Source of the DNA: Prorocentrum cordatum
Lineage: Eukaryota
Length of the DNA stretch: 64,000 nucleotides
Direction: 5' to 3'
NCBI GenBank assembly: GCA_963575745.1
Contig: CAUYUJ010000336.1
Span: forward strand, 124,001-188,000
In this document: positions 49,200-61,200 of the stretch, in pieces
Layout of the letters: each line of letters begins with the position of its first letter
How positions within the stretch are numbered: position 1 is the stretch's first letter
Program-made: the position numbers and the translations under genes
The notes under the pieces: generated by a model
What the model was told of the DNA's origin: nothing
The model's database searches: none
What the model saw: the letters and a program-made list of their open reading frames with translations, nothing else

Positions 49200-51300
49200 A
49201 CTCCTCATCTTGTCTGGCGAGCACAGCATGATTTACGATGCCTGTAGAAGGTGCCTGGTGCCGCTCCCCACCGCGCGCTGGAACCCAAAGACGGAGAGCC
49301 GTTGGACAGATGAGACGCCCATCTACGACAACATGACCAAGCATCCCATTTATAGACGACAACTGCCGCGTGAAGATCGTGCCCCCTTCGTGGGGCAGCC
49401 TCAATGTCAATGGTTCCGTGGAGAGACTGTCATGGGACCCGCGCGGGTGGCCAGACGACGCCATCTGCGGCAAGGGCGGGATTCAGCCTTCGGTCTTGCT
49501 CGACGACCTCGTGGTCGAGCATCTGCACATGGACACCTGCGGCTGCGAGGTGCCAACATCGGCGGGCGGCCTCCGATCCCCACCCAGGGTCGTGTATTCG
49601 GGCTGCATCTCCAAAGCGCAGCGGCGCCCCACCGTGCCCGCGAAGACAATATTCACTTGTTGGGCGCCAGGACTCCGCGCCCAACGGGATGCCCCCACCT
49701 CGCTGGCGCAAGAGCAGGCCGTCCAAACGCCCGACGGCCATGCCGGCGACGCAGGCCAACCGAGCCGGCGCGCGCCCCCGGACCTACAAGATCACTGTGC
49801 GGGAGGCTTTTGCCGCGCAGAGCTGCGGGCGCGCCACCCGTTTTCTGCTTCTCACCTCCGTCGCCCATGCTGCTGTTCACAGTGCCGCTAACAGCAAGCT
49901 CGAAGCTGAGCGCTGCGAGGCGCAGCTAGCCCAAAGGCCCTGCAGCCACGTGTGCTCGCGCTTTCCGCGTGCACGGGGCCCGCGTGCAGCGGGGCCCCCG
50001 CGTTGGAGACTCACGCGGCGCCGTGCCTGACGCAGGTCGCGGCCGATGGCGAGTTCGCCGGCAGTGCCGACGTTTGAGTCTACGTTGTGGACCTAAAGAC
50101 GCGGGGCGGCATCCGCGTGCCCTGCAATAAGCGCCCGGCCTCCCGAGGCCGTCTAGGTTTTCGGGCATCAAAGAGCTCATCCAACTACCGCTCGACGCGC
50201 TACCTCTACAGGGCGTTGGGCAGTGACGTCGACGGGCTCGAGGGCCCCCGTCTTCCGGACCTGCGTCTCCGCCGCTGGGGAGCATTCCGCGGCCGGCGCC
50301 ATTGAGGTGAAGCTCGCGGCGACAGAGTGGGGCAAGCAGCGGCGTCGGGCCCCGCGCTGGACTGCGCGCGATCGCGGCTTCGCGCAGCATGCCGGCGCGG
50401 GGCAGCAGATGTCTGAGACGGATAGGCCATGTCCATCCAGGGCCTGATCGACGACGGCCACTCCAACGATCCAACGAACCATGCCCGTCGACGGGCAGCG
50501 CCTCAACATGGAGTTCGAACTCCAGACGCTGGTGGCCCAGGGGACTGGGTGGTCGTCGACGCGCAGGATCGCCGACAACGCGCGGGATCTGCCGCGGCGG
50601 CCGTGGCCGCGCCAGCGCCCCGTGGTTGCATGGGGGCAGACGAGGCGGTCTCCAACCTCAGGCGTCCCCGACCGCCGCCTCCGACCGCGGCAGTCGAGGG
50701 CCTGCCGCTGGCCGTCGGGCCCGCCGACGTCGGGTGTCACTATGCTCGGCAGACGGGGCGGTGCCGCACAGGGCTCGGCCACCGGACTGCCTCGAGGAGC
50801 GCTGCGCCCAGGATTGGTAGACTCAGCTCCGCGAGCGGCGCCCAACTGTGCCGCGCGCTGCTTCTCGCGTCCCCCGAGTGCCCTGCCGCCCCCCCCCCTG
50901 GCAGTCGTGAGCGAGGGCTTCTCTTTCCGTCGCCGCCTCTCGGAGGGGCGGCTGGGCGGGGCGGCCGCCCCGCAAGGCTGAGCGGGGCCCAGACGCGAGG
51001 CGGTCGCAGCCTTTTTCCCCGCCCCCGCCCCCCCCCCTCGGCCCGCCCCCCCCCCGCCCGCGCCCCTCCGCTGCTCCGCATCCTCCTGTTAAGACGAGGA
51101 GGAGGCGGAGGAGGAGGAGGAGGAGGCCGGTTGAAAAACTTCGTCCCATGCGCCCAGTACATCGACCAGAAGTCATTTCAGGATGCTTACCTGTGCGTTC
51201 TGGTACGAGCTTGCGCTGCGCATGACAGCGGCGCGCCCTTCGACTCCCAGTCGTGGGTCGGCATTGCCATCTTCAATGTATGTGTCAATCCACGGTTTTG
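49200..51300 (+). pseudogene. Decayed unclassified ORF, probably derived from a mobile element
   Basis: GC3-biased protein-like fragments in shifting frames, e.g. RWTDETPIYDNMTKHPIY, IQPSVLLDDLVVEHL, MEFELQTLVAQG, YIDQKSFQDAYL. Confidence 0.35.
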
Positions 51301-52149
51301 CTATTTCTCTTGCAGCACGCGGGGAGGCCGAGATGCATCTTAGCTTGCCCCAGGGGGGGCCCGTTCCCCCGAAGATCCTGGGGCAAAATTCTAACCCAGC
51401 GCGGGCGATAATAAAGTCCCCCCCATTAACCCCTCCTATTTTTTCATCCCCGTCCAACAGGATTTAATTGTGGAGAGGGGCGTGGAGGCCGAACTTTTTA
51501 ATCCACGGGGAAAGTTGCGACTCGAAGTTGCTATCAGATCATGTTGGCTAGCAACAGCATCAAAAACGCTGAGCATGGCCATGGTGGTCTCACCACACCA
51601 GCTTCCGCAATCACGAGCGTGTGGCAGGGCAGGATTCCTCTTCCTCATCTTTCTTCAGCTTTTCTCTCATTCGGTATTGTTATTATGTTCCTCTTCTCTT
51701 ATCTTTCGGGTCGAAATTGCTATCACTTCGTGTTGACTAGCAACAGCTTCAACAATGCTTTGCCGTCTCTTCCTTCTTCTTTTCGTTGTGCTTCTCTTCC
51801 TTCTATTTCTCTTCCTTCCGCCCCCCCCCAGGGGCAGAATTGTTTTACCCCTGTTCTTTTATCCCTTCGGGGTCCCACCATGGACCCCCCCTACATGCGA
51901 GGTCGAAAACGATCAGAAAGAATATGTTTGTACATGAGGCCCCGAATCCCCCCAAAAAGGAAAATCAATCCTGGGCCCATCCTCTTTTTTCTTCCGTCCC
52001 CCAACACTACTATTCCTCTCTTGCTGCTCGTGCTCCTACCAGTAATCTTACAATCAACCCGCGTGGTAAGGAATATCAATCTTGTTACACCCTTGCATTC
52101 TCACAAGTGTCGAGATCTCTCGAGTGAGCCTTGTGCCGAGCGCCCAGGA

Positions 52150-52233
52150 TCACCATCATCATCATCGTCACCGTCATCATCATCATCATCATCATCATCA
52201 GCATCATCATCATCAGCATCATCATCATCATTG

Positions 52234-52291
<58 letters not shown>
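52150..52291. repeat. (CAT)n microsatellite
   Basis: Direct reading. Confidence 0.95.
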
Positions 52292-53199
52292 AACTGGCCT
52301 TCTCTGGGACACATATTTTATTATCCCCGCCAGAATCCCGAACTTCATTATCCCGGGGGGATTATGATCGCCCGCCCAGGGTTATTTGTCCAGTATCTGC
52401 ATTCGGTTATTTGGTGCAGAATTAGGATGTGTTCATGCTCGTGGTTTCGTGATGCGAATTTCCCGCACCGCACTGCGGATCCTGGGCCTTCCGTTGTTGG
52501 CCCGCTTCCCCCTCCGTCCTCCTCGCCCGTTTTCCTCTCCTTGACTCCCTCTTCTACCGCTGCTGCCGCTCTGCTCTCTCGCCCGCTTCGCTCCAGGCCG
52601 CCCCGGCAGGCCCCCCCTGTTGACAACGCCGGTGCTACCGACGCCGACTTCGGCAGTACATCGTTGCACAGGGGGGCAAGGGTCGAAGTTTCGCATTCAA
52701 GGGGAAGCCAGGAGGAGGAAGGAAAAATGGGAGGAGGACGAGGGGGGGGGAGGTGGGACGGAAAAGGAAAGCGACGGCGGAGGAGGAGGAGGAGGAGGAG
52801 GAGGAGGAGGAAGAGGAGGATCGCGAAGCGGGCAGCGGGCAGCGGGGAGGAGGAGGAGGACAAGGTGGAGGAGGGGGACGGGGGAGAGGAGGAGGACGAG
52901 GGGGAAAGGAGGAGAAGGAGCTGGAGGAGGAGGAGGAGCCGTAGGACGAGGAGGAGGAGGAGGAGGAGGGAGCAGGCGTATGCGAGCTCAAGGCTTCAAC
53001 GTGCTGTGCCCTGGCATTGTGCGCGGGCGGGCCCCGTCCGCTGCAAGTGGTCCCGCTTGCGGGCGCGCGAAAGCAACGCAAAACATGGAGAGGAGGTTGG
53101 AGGAGGCTTCGAGCGCATGGAGGACGCATTGAGGCTGCACCCCTTCTAACGCTCAGGCGTCTGCAGGTTTTTGCGCTGACGATGACTCAGGCGTCTACG

Positions 53200-54500
53200 A
53201 ATGGTACCCCCACTAACCGAATGTCATCACGCCGCACGGGGACGGGCCAGATACGGGGGGATCGGGAAGACGCAGCCCCTAATCACCATATCATGGGACA
53301 GGGTAAACAGCGTGGGGGCCCATCCATACTGGCATTTGCCGCGCAACTCAAGGGCCACGAAGAGAGGGAGTGCACCAATCTCAAGCAGATTCGCTGCGCC
53401 CGCACCAAGCAAGCCACCAAGTGCAGAGCCTTCGAGGCAGATCGGCGCAACACACTTCACAGCAACAACGTCGAAGCTGATGGAGGACATTGCGTTGACG
53501 TTGTACATGGGGGCATTGCGCTGGATTGTAACTTGCTGATACCCTCAGAGGAGGGCCGTCTGCATGTACGTCAGGAGCGCGACACAAACCACGGGCGCCA
53601 AGGCCATGCACCCCACCGCCGACGCTTGCATGACCCCCCGACGACACCAGGACATCACGCCACATACCAACGGAGGCCTGCGCAGCTTCCAGGCGACCCG
53701 TTCGGGGGACCAGTTGCCGCTTCACCAACCAGGGCGAGACCAACAGCTTGGACCGCTACAGCGCGTCCTACAAACTGCCGCTGGGGCCAGGGCAGCTACT
53801 GGTGGAGATGGCGCAGGGATCAGGCGCGGGCAACCTAATTACCCGAATGGCGGGCATGATTGGGATAGCCACAGCATACAGGACCGGTCTCTGCGCACAA
53901 GGACGCGGCAACCGACACGCCAGACGAGACTGCCAGCATCATCGCGACCTGGACGATGAATGGCAAGGACAACGTAAGACATGGAGCTCGCGCCGCCGAG
54001 GGAGCCAACGCCTATTGCGAGGTCCAGATCGGGCGCGACCCCGTGGCAGGCACCAGCCAAGGTCAAGATGCACGGCGACCTGTTCGAGATCGACGTGACA
54101 AATTGCAACATGCTCTTCGAAGAGCACAATACAGAAGTGGACAAGCAGCTGCAGGAGCTGCGACAATCCTGCGAACATAGCCAGGACCTCGAGCACGACG
54201 AGAAGCTCAAGCTAAGAGGCCTCACGCAGAGAGCCTGTGCCCCGCGTGGCGATCAATTGGCCCCATCGATCGGAAGCCGCCCACCTTCGCGCTGCCCGAT
54301 GGCGGGGGGCCAGGCCTTCCACCGCAACCAGAAAATTGGGACCACCGTCGTTGCCCCCGTCGCCAAGCCAGCCCCAACTACTGCGCCACGCTGGACGACG
54401 CATCCAATTCCCGCTGCGCCGCCCCATCTCACCGCACCTCCCGACTACATCAACGCTCTCACTCCAGCTGCGGCCAGGAACGCTGGTTTCCTAAATGCCT
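53200..54500 (+). pseudogene. Decayed unclassified ORF, possibly a retroelement RT
   Basis: Frameshifted protein-like fragments including DLFEIDVTNCNMLFEEHNTEVDKQLQEL. Confidence 0.3.
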
Positions 54501-55210
54501 CCTCACGGGTGGATCGGAGAGGCCCTGGGCGGAGTGGGTAAAACCCTCCCCTCCCCGCCACCCTCCTCTTCGACAGCGTCGTCGTCTTCCTCCTCCCCTT
54601 CGCCCCCCAGCCCGCCCCCCCCAACAGCAAGGGCCTTTCTCCTTGGCCACTAGGGCCCTTGAAGGGCCACGCAGGGCCGCGAGGAGGGCATCATCAGGCT
54701 GGAAGCCAGCCTCCGAGGTGGCGTTCGCTACCACATTGTGGGCACTAGCGAATTCCAGCACATTCCCCGCCCTCCCTCCCGTACCCACCCGCCTGGCAAT
54801 GCGCCGTGGCTTGACGCGCGCCCGCCGCCCTGGCAACGCGAAGGCGGCGGGGAGCGATCATTCCAGGTGTGTTTTCCCGTCGGTTTGGTCAGAATCTGCG
54901 GCTCGCACGCCAGAGGGAGATTCTAAGGATGACGCGTGCCTCATTGTTTTATGGCTTCTTACACTATGCTTTGAAAAGAAGCAGTCGAACCGCACCCCAT
55001 CCTTTCCCCCCTCTCCTCTTATCCTCACCCGCCCTCCTTTGCCCTAAACGCTGCCGTCCACGGGCCGGGTTGCCCCACTCGGCCTTGCGGTGGGGAGGGG
55101 CGTGCCGCCGCCGGCAGCGCCGCGCCGTAGCCCTCGTCGTCCTTTCCGTCCGCTTCCTCGCCCTCCTGTTGTTCCTCCTCCTAGGTCATCTTTCATATTC
55201 CTCGGGGGGG

Positions 55211-55356
55211 AAAGGTACTGCTACTGCTGCCCTTGCCTTCTATTCCCCTTTTTGGGCCTCTCGGGATTCCCTCGTCGCCATCGCTGGATTCGCCTTCGAA
55301 TTCTGGTCAGAACGCACCCCAGGAGAGGTCCAGGGAGTAGCAGTATCGGTACCTTT
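55211..55356. mobile_element. MITE, same family as 9356-9472
   Basis: TIRs aaaggtactgctactgct ... agcagtatcggtaccttt, plus shared core. Confidence 0.7.
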
Positions 55357-55809
55357 TTGGGTTTCCCTTATTCCGCATCTTTCTCCTTTTTCTTCCTCCA
55401 TTTTCCCTTCCGCATATTCTTCCCATGCTACTATCCTTGTCCCATGCCTTCCATTCCCCTTCGCCTCAACATTCGCACCCCAGTGGTGCAAGAGGCATGT
55501 CCATGCGCCGCCCGTTTCTCTCTGCATCTGGGAAGTGCGGTGCCGTTGAACGGTTGACCTGGCTCCGCGAGAGGGCCTGGCGCGCATGCGGGAGCGTTGC
55601 TTCGTCGGGAGGCGGGGCATGAGGACGGAGGAGGACGAGGACGAGGCAGGGAGGCAGGGAGGACAGGGGGGGACAGGGGCGAGGCGAGAGCAGGTATCCC
55701 TGCGATTCAGGTAATGCTGGACGCGGAGCAGCCGCGGGGGCTGGGGCCGCGCGCGCGTGGCCCGCGCGCCTGCCGTGCCCGCTGGGGCCACGGTCAGGGA
55801 AGGGAGAGC

Positions 55810-56045
55810 GACCCCGACCCCCATGGTTCGGGGGCCTCCAAACGGGGTGGTGACCACACCGTGTGGTGAGTCGGGGGGAACTCGGGGTCACCGCACGGTT
55901 TTGGGGCTCGAGTCCCTCTCCCAGGATGTCTCGGGCGACAGGGGTCTCCAGGGTCCCAAGACCGTGCGGTGACGGACCGTGCGGTGAGGTCTTGGGGGAT
56001 TTTGAGGTCACCGCACGGTCTGTCACCGCACCGTTCGGGGACTGC
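55810..56045. repeat. Element with gtcaccgcacggt motifs in both orientations
   Basis: gtcaccgcacggt near 55887 and 56007; accgtgcggtga near 55961 and 55976. Confidence 0.55.
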
Positions 56046-56222
56046 AAAATAGTTGGCGTTGGGCGTGTACTAGACAGTCCTGTCCTGTTCTACTTCTTCC
56101 CTAGGTGTGCCCACCGAACGGCTTCGCTCATCGGGGTGCTTCTTACGATGGTGGCAAGTCTGCCCTCTGCACGGGGGCCACGGGTCTATCAGAAGAGCCG
56201 AGTTGGCGCGCGCTGCGTGCAG

Positions 56223-56283
56223 GAGGAGGGCGAGCTGCTCGAGGGCGAGGCCTCCAGCGAGCTGCTGCTCACGAGCAGCGAAG
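56223..56283 (+). CDS. Candidate micro-exon (EEGELLEGEASSELLLTSSE)
   Basis: tgcag| acceptor, almost all codons end in G/C, aag|ga GA-type donor. Confidence 0.35.
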
Positions 56284-56432
56284 GAGGGCGCCGCCCCCCG
56301 TTCGGTGTGAGGGGGATCGCGGCCCGTGGCACGCAGCAGCGCGGCAGCAGCGGGGGACGACAGAAGCGGCATCGGCAGCAAATACAGCCCGTGCCCCCCT
56401 CCCCTCCTTTCAGAACCCGGAGTCCCACTCTG

Positions 56433-56590
56433 GGTCTCCCAGATGGGGTCCGAGTAGGTGGGGTCGGAGGATCGCGCCGCATCGGCGATGCGTCGGGGAT
56501 GCAGCTCGATGTGAAGTCCGATAATCTCCACGGCGACGTCGCCGATGCGAAGAGACCCGCCACCGTGCTAGCGCAGCATCGGCATGCATG
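56433..56590 (+). mobile_element. Orphan left TIR related to the 7.8-kb transposon
   Basis: ggtctcccagatggggtccgagtaggtggggtcgg matches 33 of the first 35 nt at 37574, followed by gcatcg/cgatgc repeats. Confidence 0.75.
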
Positions 56591-58299
56591 AATTGCAGGA
56601 TTAATCTACCGAGCTCTCGCGAGGAGGCTCGGTAGAGCCATGGTTCTAGGCTCTTGGGCCGTCCCAGGCGCGATCGATCTGTCGAGTTCTCCCCAAACGA
56701 CTCGGCAGAGCGATCGAGCGATCTTGGGGCTTGGGGCCATTTTCGTGGCGCATCCGCAACGTATAACGGTTATTGTGTGTCCTCTTGAGGGGTTCTTGCA
56801 GGCGATTCGGGGGTTTCTTCATGCCTTGCTGGCAGTGAGTTGGGGGCTCTCTCGGGGGTCTCTCGGCAGCTCCTCGGGGGCTTCGTGGGGCTTGGTGGAG
56901 GTCTTGGGGCCGTCTTGGACGCAAGGCAAGGGTTCTGCCGAAATCTCCTGAAGAAGCCAGATCGAACCATCTCTGGACCACCCGAACGGTCCTCGAGTTG
57001 ATTTGAAGGCAGTTTTGGCCCAACTCGGTATTTCCTCGTGCCTTCTTACGGGCGTTTTGAGGCTGCGTTGAGGGGTCCTTTGGAGCCGTCCTGGGGCCTT
57101 TGAACATCTACACATCGGTGTATATGCATGTATCGAAGACGCCTACAGTGAATCACCGCCGCCCCCTACCTTGGGATACGCCTATTCGGCCAAACGTGTG
57201 GGTAAAGTTTGGCTACGCTCTTAGACTATGCGTTCCCCCAGCCGTTGTGGAAGCCATCTGGGGAAGGGAACACGTGGGGAAGGAAGAAGAGGATGAGAAG
57301 AGGGAAGAACATGGAGGATCAGGAGACGAATGAGGAGACCCCATCGGGAGCTTCTTGGGTCATTCTTGGGACCTCTTGGGAGCTTCCTGAGGGCCTCTTG
57401 GAGGCCTCCTGGGAGCCTCCTTGGGGCCTTTTGGAGCTTCTTGGGGCCTATTTGGCAGTCTTCCAGCGTTCCTGGTCCGCCTGACGCCGTCGGAATCCGT
57501 CTTGGGAGGCTCTCTGGACACTCATGGGGCCCTCTTGGGGCGCTTCGGGGTCGTCTTCAAGGCCATCGTGCGCGTCTTGGAGGCCTCTTGGACCGTCTTG
57601 GGGCGTTTGGGGGGCCGTCTTGGGAGCCTCTTGGGCCGTCCTGGGGTAATCTTGGAGGCCTCTTCGATCATCTTGGGGCAATAATAGGGCCTCTTGGGCC
57701 GTCTTGGGCCGTCGGAAGGCCATTTTGAAACAAGCGACAGCATTATTCAAACACCTTAGAAATCAATGACTTGGGCCTCTTTGGGTCTTCCTGGAGGACC
57801 CCTTGGAGATCTCGTGGGCCGTTTAGGTGGCATATTGGGGCTACCTTGGCGGTCTTTTTTTCACCAGCGGCGATTTTGCATTTTCCATTGGCTGTGCACG
57901 ATTAGTTCGGTCGTGCCGTTGGAGCAACGCATGGCGCCACACAGTTTTGCACTTTGTGTTTTCTGGCAAAGACAACCGGCTGGATACGGTGCCAGATGAT
58001 CGTACAGTGACCAACGCAGCAGCGTACGGGCGAGGTTCACTCAAGCAGCCAAGCTTGCTACCTCGGCGTGTCTTGTTGCACCGGTGCCCCCGCAGGCTTC
58101 TCCTTGAGCGGGCCCTTCAGCATTTCTCATCGGATTGTGGACCAGTTTCAGGTTCGTGCCGCCCGCGCTTCTGGAACAAAATCAAAGGCAGCATCGTGGA
58201 ACGGGGGTGGGTTCCCCGCTGCAAGGTCCTGGCGGAGAAGCGCAGGTAACGCCCAGAGGCCGCGAGCAGGACATCCATCTCCACGCCCAAATCTTCCTA

Positions 58300-58940
58300 C
58301 ACGTCCTCCTCCTCCTCCTCCTCCTCCTCCTCCTCCTCCTCCTCCAACTCCTCCTCCAACTCCTCCCCATCCTCCTCGTCCTCCTCCTTCTCATTCTGCT
58401 GGCGGTGTGCTGCCACCGCCTCCTGCGCCGCCCGCCTCTACTGTATGTTCCTCCTCATCGGCCTCCTCATGGTTCCTGGCCTACATGTTCCCATCGCGCC
58501 ATTGGTCGTCCTCCACCAGTGGCACTTGCTCCTGCACGTCCTCAAGCAAACCCCCCAACGCATTCCCTTACCCATCGTCCTCCTCCTCTTGGCCAGCATG
58601 CGCGCCCTCCTCCTCCCTTTCCTCGTCGTCGTCGTCGTCCTCCTCCTCCTCCTTCTCGTCCCCCTGCTCTTGCACCACATCATCCTCCACCTTTGCCTGC
58701 TCCCTCTCCTCCTCCTTCAGCTCCTCCTTTTCGTCTTCATGGTTCCCCTCCTCCCCCCTATCGTTCTCGTCCTCCTCCTCCTCCTCCTCCTCCTCCTCCT
58801 CCTCCTCCCCATCCTCCTCCCCCTCCTCGTCCTCCTCCTCCTTTTCCTCCTCCTTCGTCTCCTCCTAATCCTCCTCCTCGTCCTCCACCTCCTCCTCCTC
58901 CCCCCCCCCTGCTCCTGTTCCTCCTCCCCCTCCTACTGTT
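58300..58940. repeat. (CCT)n low-complexity region
   Basis: Direct reading. Confidence 0.9.
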
Positions 58941-59027
58941 GCTCCCCGTCCCTCTCGCAACCCGAGAAAGCCGCAGGGCGGGCGCTTCGGACGCGCGGCG
59001 GGGGCGCCGAGCACGCGCCGGCGACGG

Positions 59028-60090
59028 GCGGTTGCGGTTGCGCGCGCCCGTGGCCGGGCTGTAACGTGTCGTTTGGTTGCGGTTGCGGCTGCGCGGCCAG
59101 GTTGAAATGTGTCGCCTGGCTGCGGGTGGTTGCGCGGGCGGGTTGATTTGTGTCGCCTAGTTGCGTTTGCGGTTTCGCGCGCGGGCGGGTTGATATGTGT
59201 CGCTTGGTTGCGGTTGCGGTTGCGGTTGCGCGCGCATGCGGGTTGAAATGTGTCGTTTGGTTGCGGTTGCGCTTGCGGGTTGATTTGTGTCGCCTGGTTG
59301 CGGTTGCGTTTGCGGTTGCGCGGGCGGGTTGAAATGTGTCGGTTGGTTGCGGTTGCGGTTGCGGTTGCGCGCGCGGTTTGATTGTGTCGCTGAGATGCGG
59401 TTGCGGTTGCGCGCGCGGCCGGGTGAAAATGTGTCGTTTAGTTGCGGTTGCGGTTGCGGCTGAACGGGCGGGTTGACATGTGTCGTTTGTTGGCGGTTGG
59501 GGTTGCGTTTGCGCGGGCGGGATGAAATTGTTCGCCTGGTTGCGGTTTCGGTTTCGCGGGCAGTGGGGATGAAATGTGTCGCCTGGTTGCGGTTGCGCGG
59601 CCAGGTTGACATGTGTCGTTTGGTTGCGGTTGCGGTTTCGGTTGCGCGAACGAGTTGATTTGTGTCGCCTGGTTGCGGTTGCAGTTGCGGTTGCGCGGGC
59701 GGGTCGAAATGTGTCGTTTGGTTGCGGGCGGTTGCGCGGGCGGGTCGAATGCCTCGCTCAGTAACGGTTGCAGTTGCGGTTGCGCGCGGTCGGGTTCACA
59801 TGGTTCGCTTGGTTGCGGTTGCGGTTGCGCGGCCAGGATGAAATGTGTCGCTTGGTTGCGGTTGCGGTTGCGGATGCGCGGGCGGGTTGAGATGTGTCCC
59901 CTGGCTGCGGTTGCGGTTGCGGTTCCGCGGGCAAGTTGGATTGTGTCGTTTGGTTGCGGTTGCGGTTGCGGTTGTGCGGGCGGGTTGATTTGTGTCGTTT
60001 GGTTGCGGTTGCGGTTGCGGTTGCGCGGGCGGGTTGAATTGTGTCGCTTGGTTGCGGTTGCGCGTTCCCGCGGGCGAGTTGAAATGTGTT
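59028..60090. repeat. ~40-55-bp satellite: (ggttgc)n plus gcgggcgggttgaaatgtgtcg
   Basis: About 20 units with variable hexamer number. Confidence 0.9.
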
Positions 60091-60729
60091 GTCAGAGGTG
60101 TTCTCTTGACGTTCAATCAGTCAGTCAGTCACCGGCGCGCACGGAATTTCACCCGGTTCCGCTTGGAAAAAACGCCCGAAAGCATCCTCAGACAGCCCCA
60201 GAGGCACCCGAGATGAGATGGTTCACGAGGACTCCGAAACGGCCCAGATCGGGGGGGGCAGACTCCCCCCCGTGACACGCCGATTAGTGAATTGTCGGTT
60301 TTAGGTTCTCGAGAGGGCGCCGCGGCCGTCATTTTCCAGGCTTCCGCCCGCCAGGTTTGGGCCCGAGGTCGTTTGCACCAAACCACATTTTGCTAAAGGG
60401 TGTTCTTTCCATCCCCGACCATGACCGTGCCCAAACGGCTTAAGAAACCTCTGGACTGCCACCGAAAGTTTCAAGAGGCCCCCAAAAAGGCCCGCAAAGT
60501 GCCGTAGATAAGTCAGGGTTACTTCCAGAAGTCTCTGAAGAGGCCCACCACCCGACAGCGCCACAAGGCTCATGGAGACCTCTAAGTGCTGGAGGTTCCT
60601 CTCAGAACGAGGGGCCCAGAGGCCCAGAGACGCCCCAAGAGGACCTCCAGATAACCCTATATATACGACCACCCTTCGGGTGATAAGGAGGTTGTGTGGG
60701 GGGGGGTAGAGGGGGGGGAACCAACATCT

Positions 60730-61200
60730 GACTCGATCAATCTCACTATCGATCTCACTCAACGGGACACCACGGGGCATTTGTCGATCTCACTATCGAT
60801 CGCACTATTGATCTCACACCACGGGACACCACGGGACTCCGCGGGACACCACATCGATCTCACTATCGATCTCACGGTCGATCTCACTATCGATCTCACC
60901 CAACGGGACACCACGGGACACCTCGGGACTTGTCGATCTCACTATCGAACTCCTTATCGATCTCACTATCGATCTCACTCAGCGGGACACCACGGGACAC
61001 CTCGGGGCACCACATCGATCTCAGTATCGATCTCACTATTGATCTCACGATCGATCTCACCCAACGGGACACCACGGGACACCGCCGGGACACCGCCGGG
61101 ACACCGCCGGGACACCGCGGGCCCAGTCCCAGCCACCGGCGGACGGGACACCACGGGAGACCACGGGACACCACGGGACACCGCTGGGACACCGCGGGCC
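60730..61200. repeat. Alternating arrays of (atcgatctcact)n and (cgggacacca)n
   Basis: Direct reading. Confidence 0.9.
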
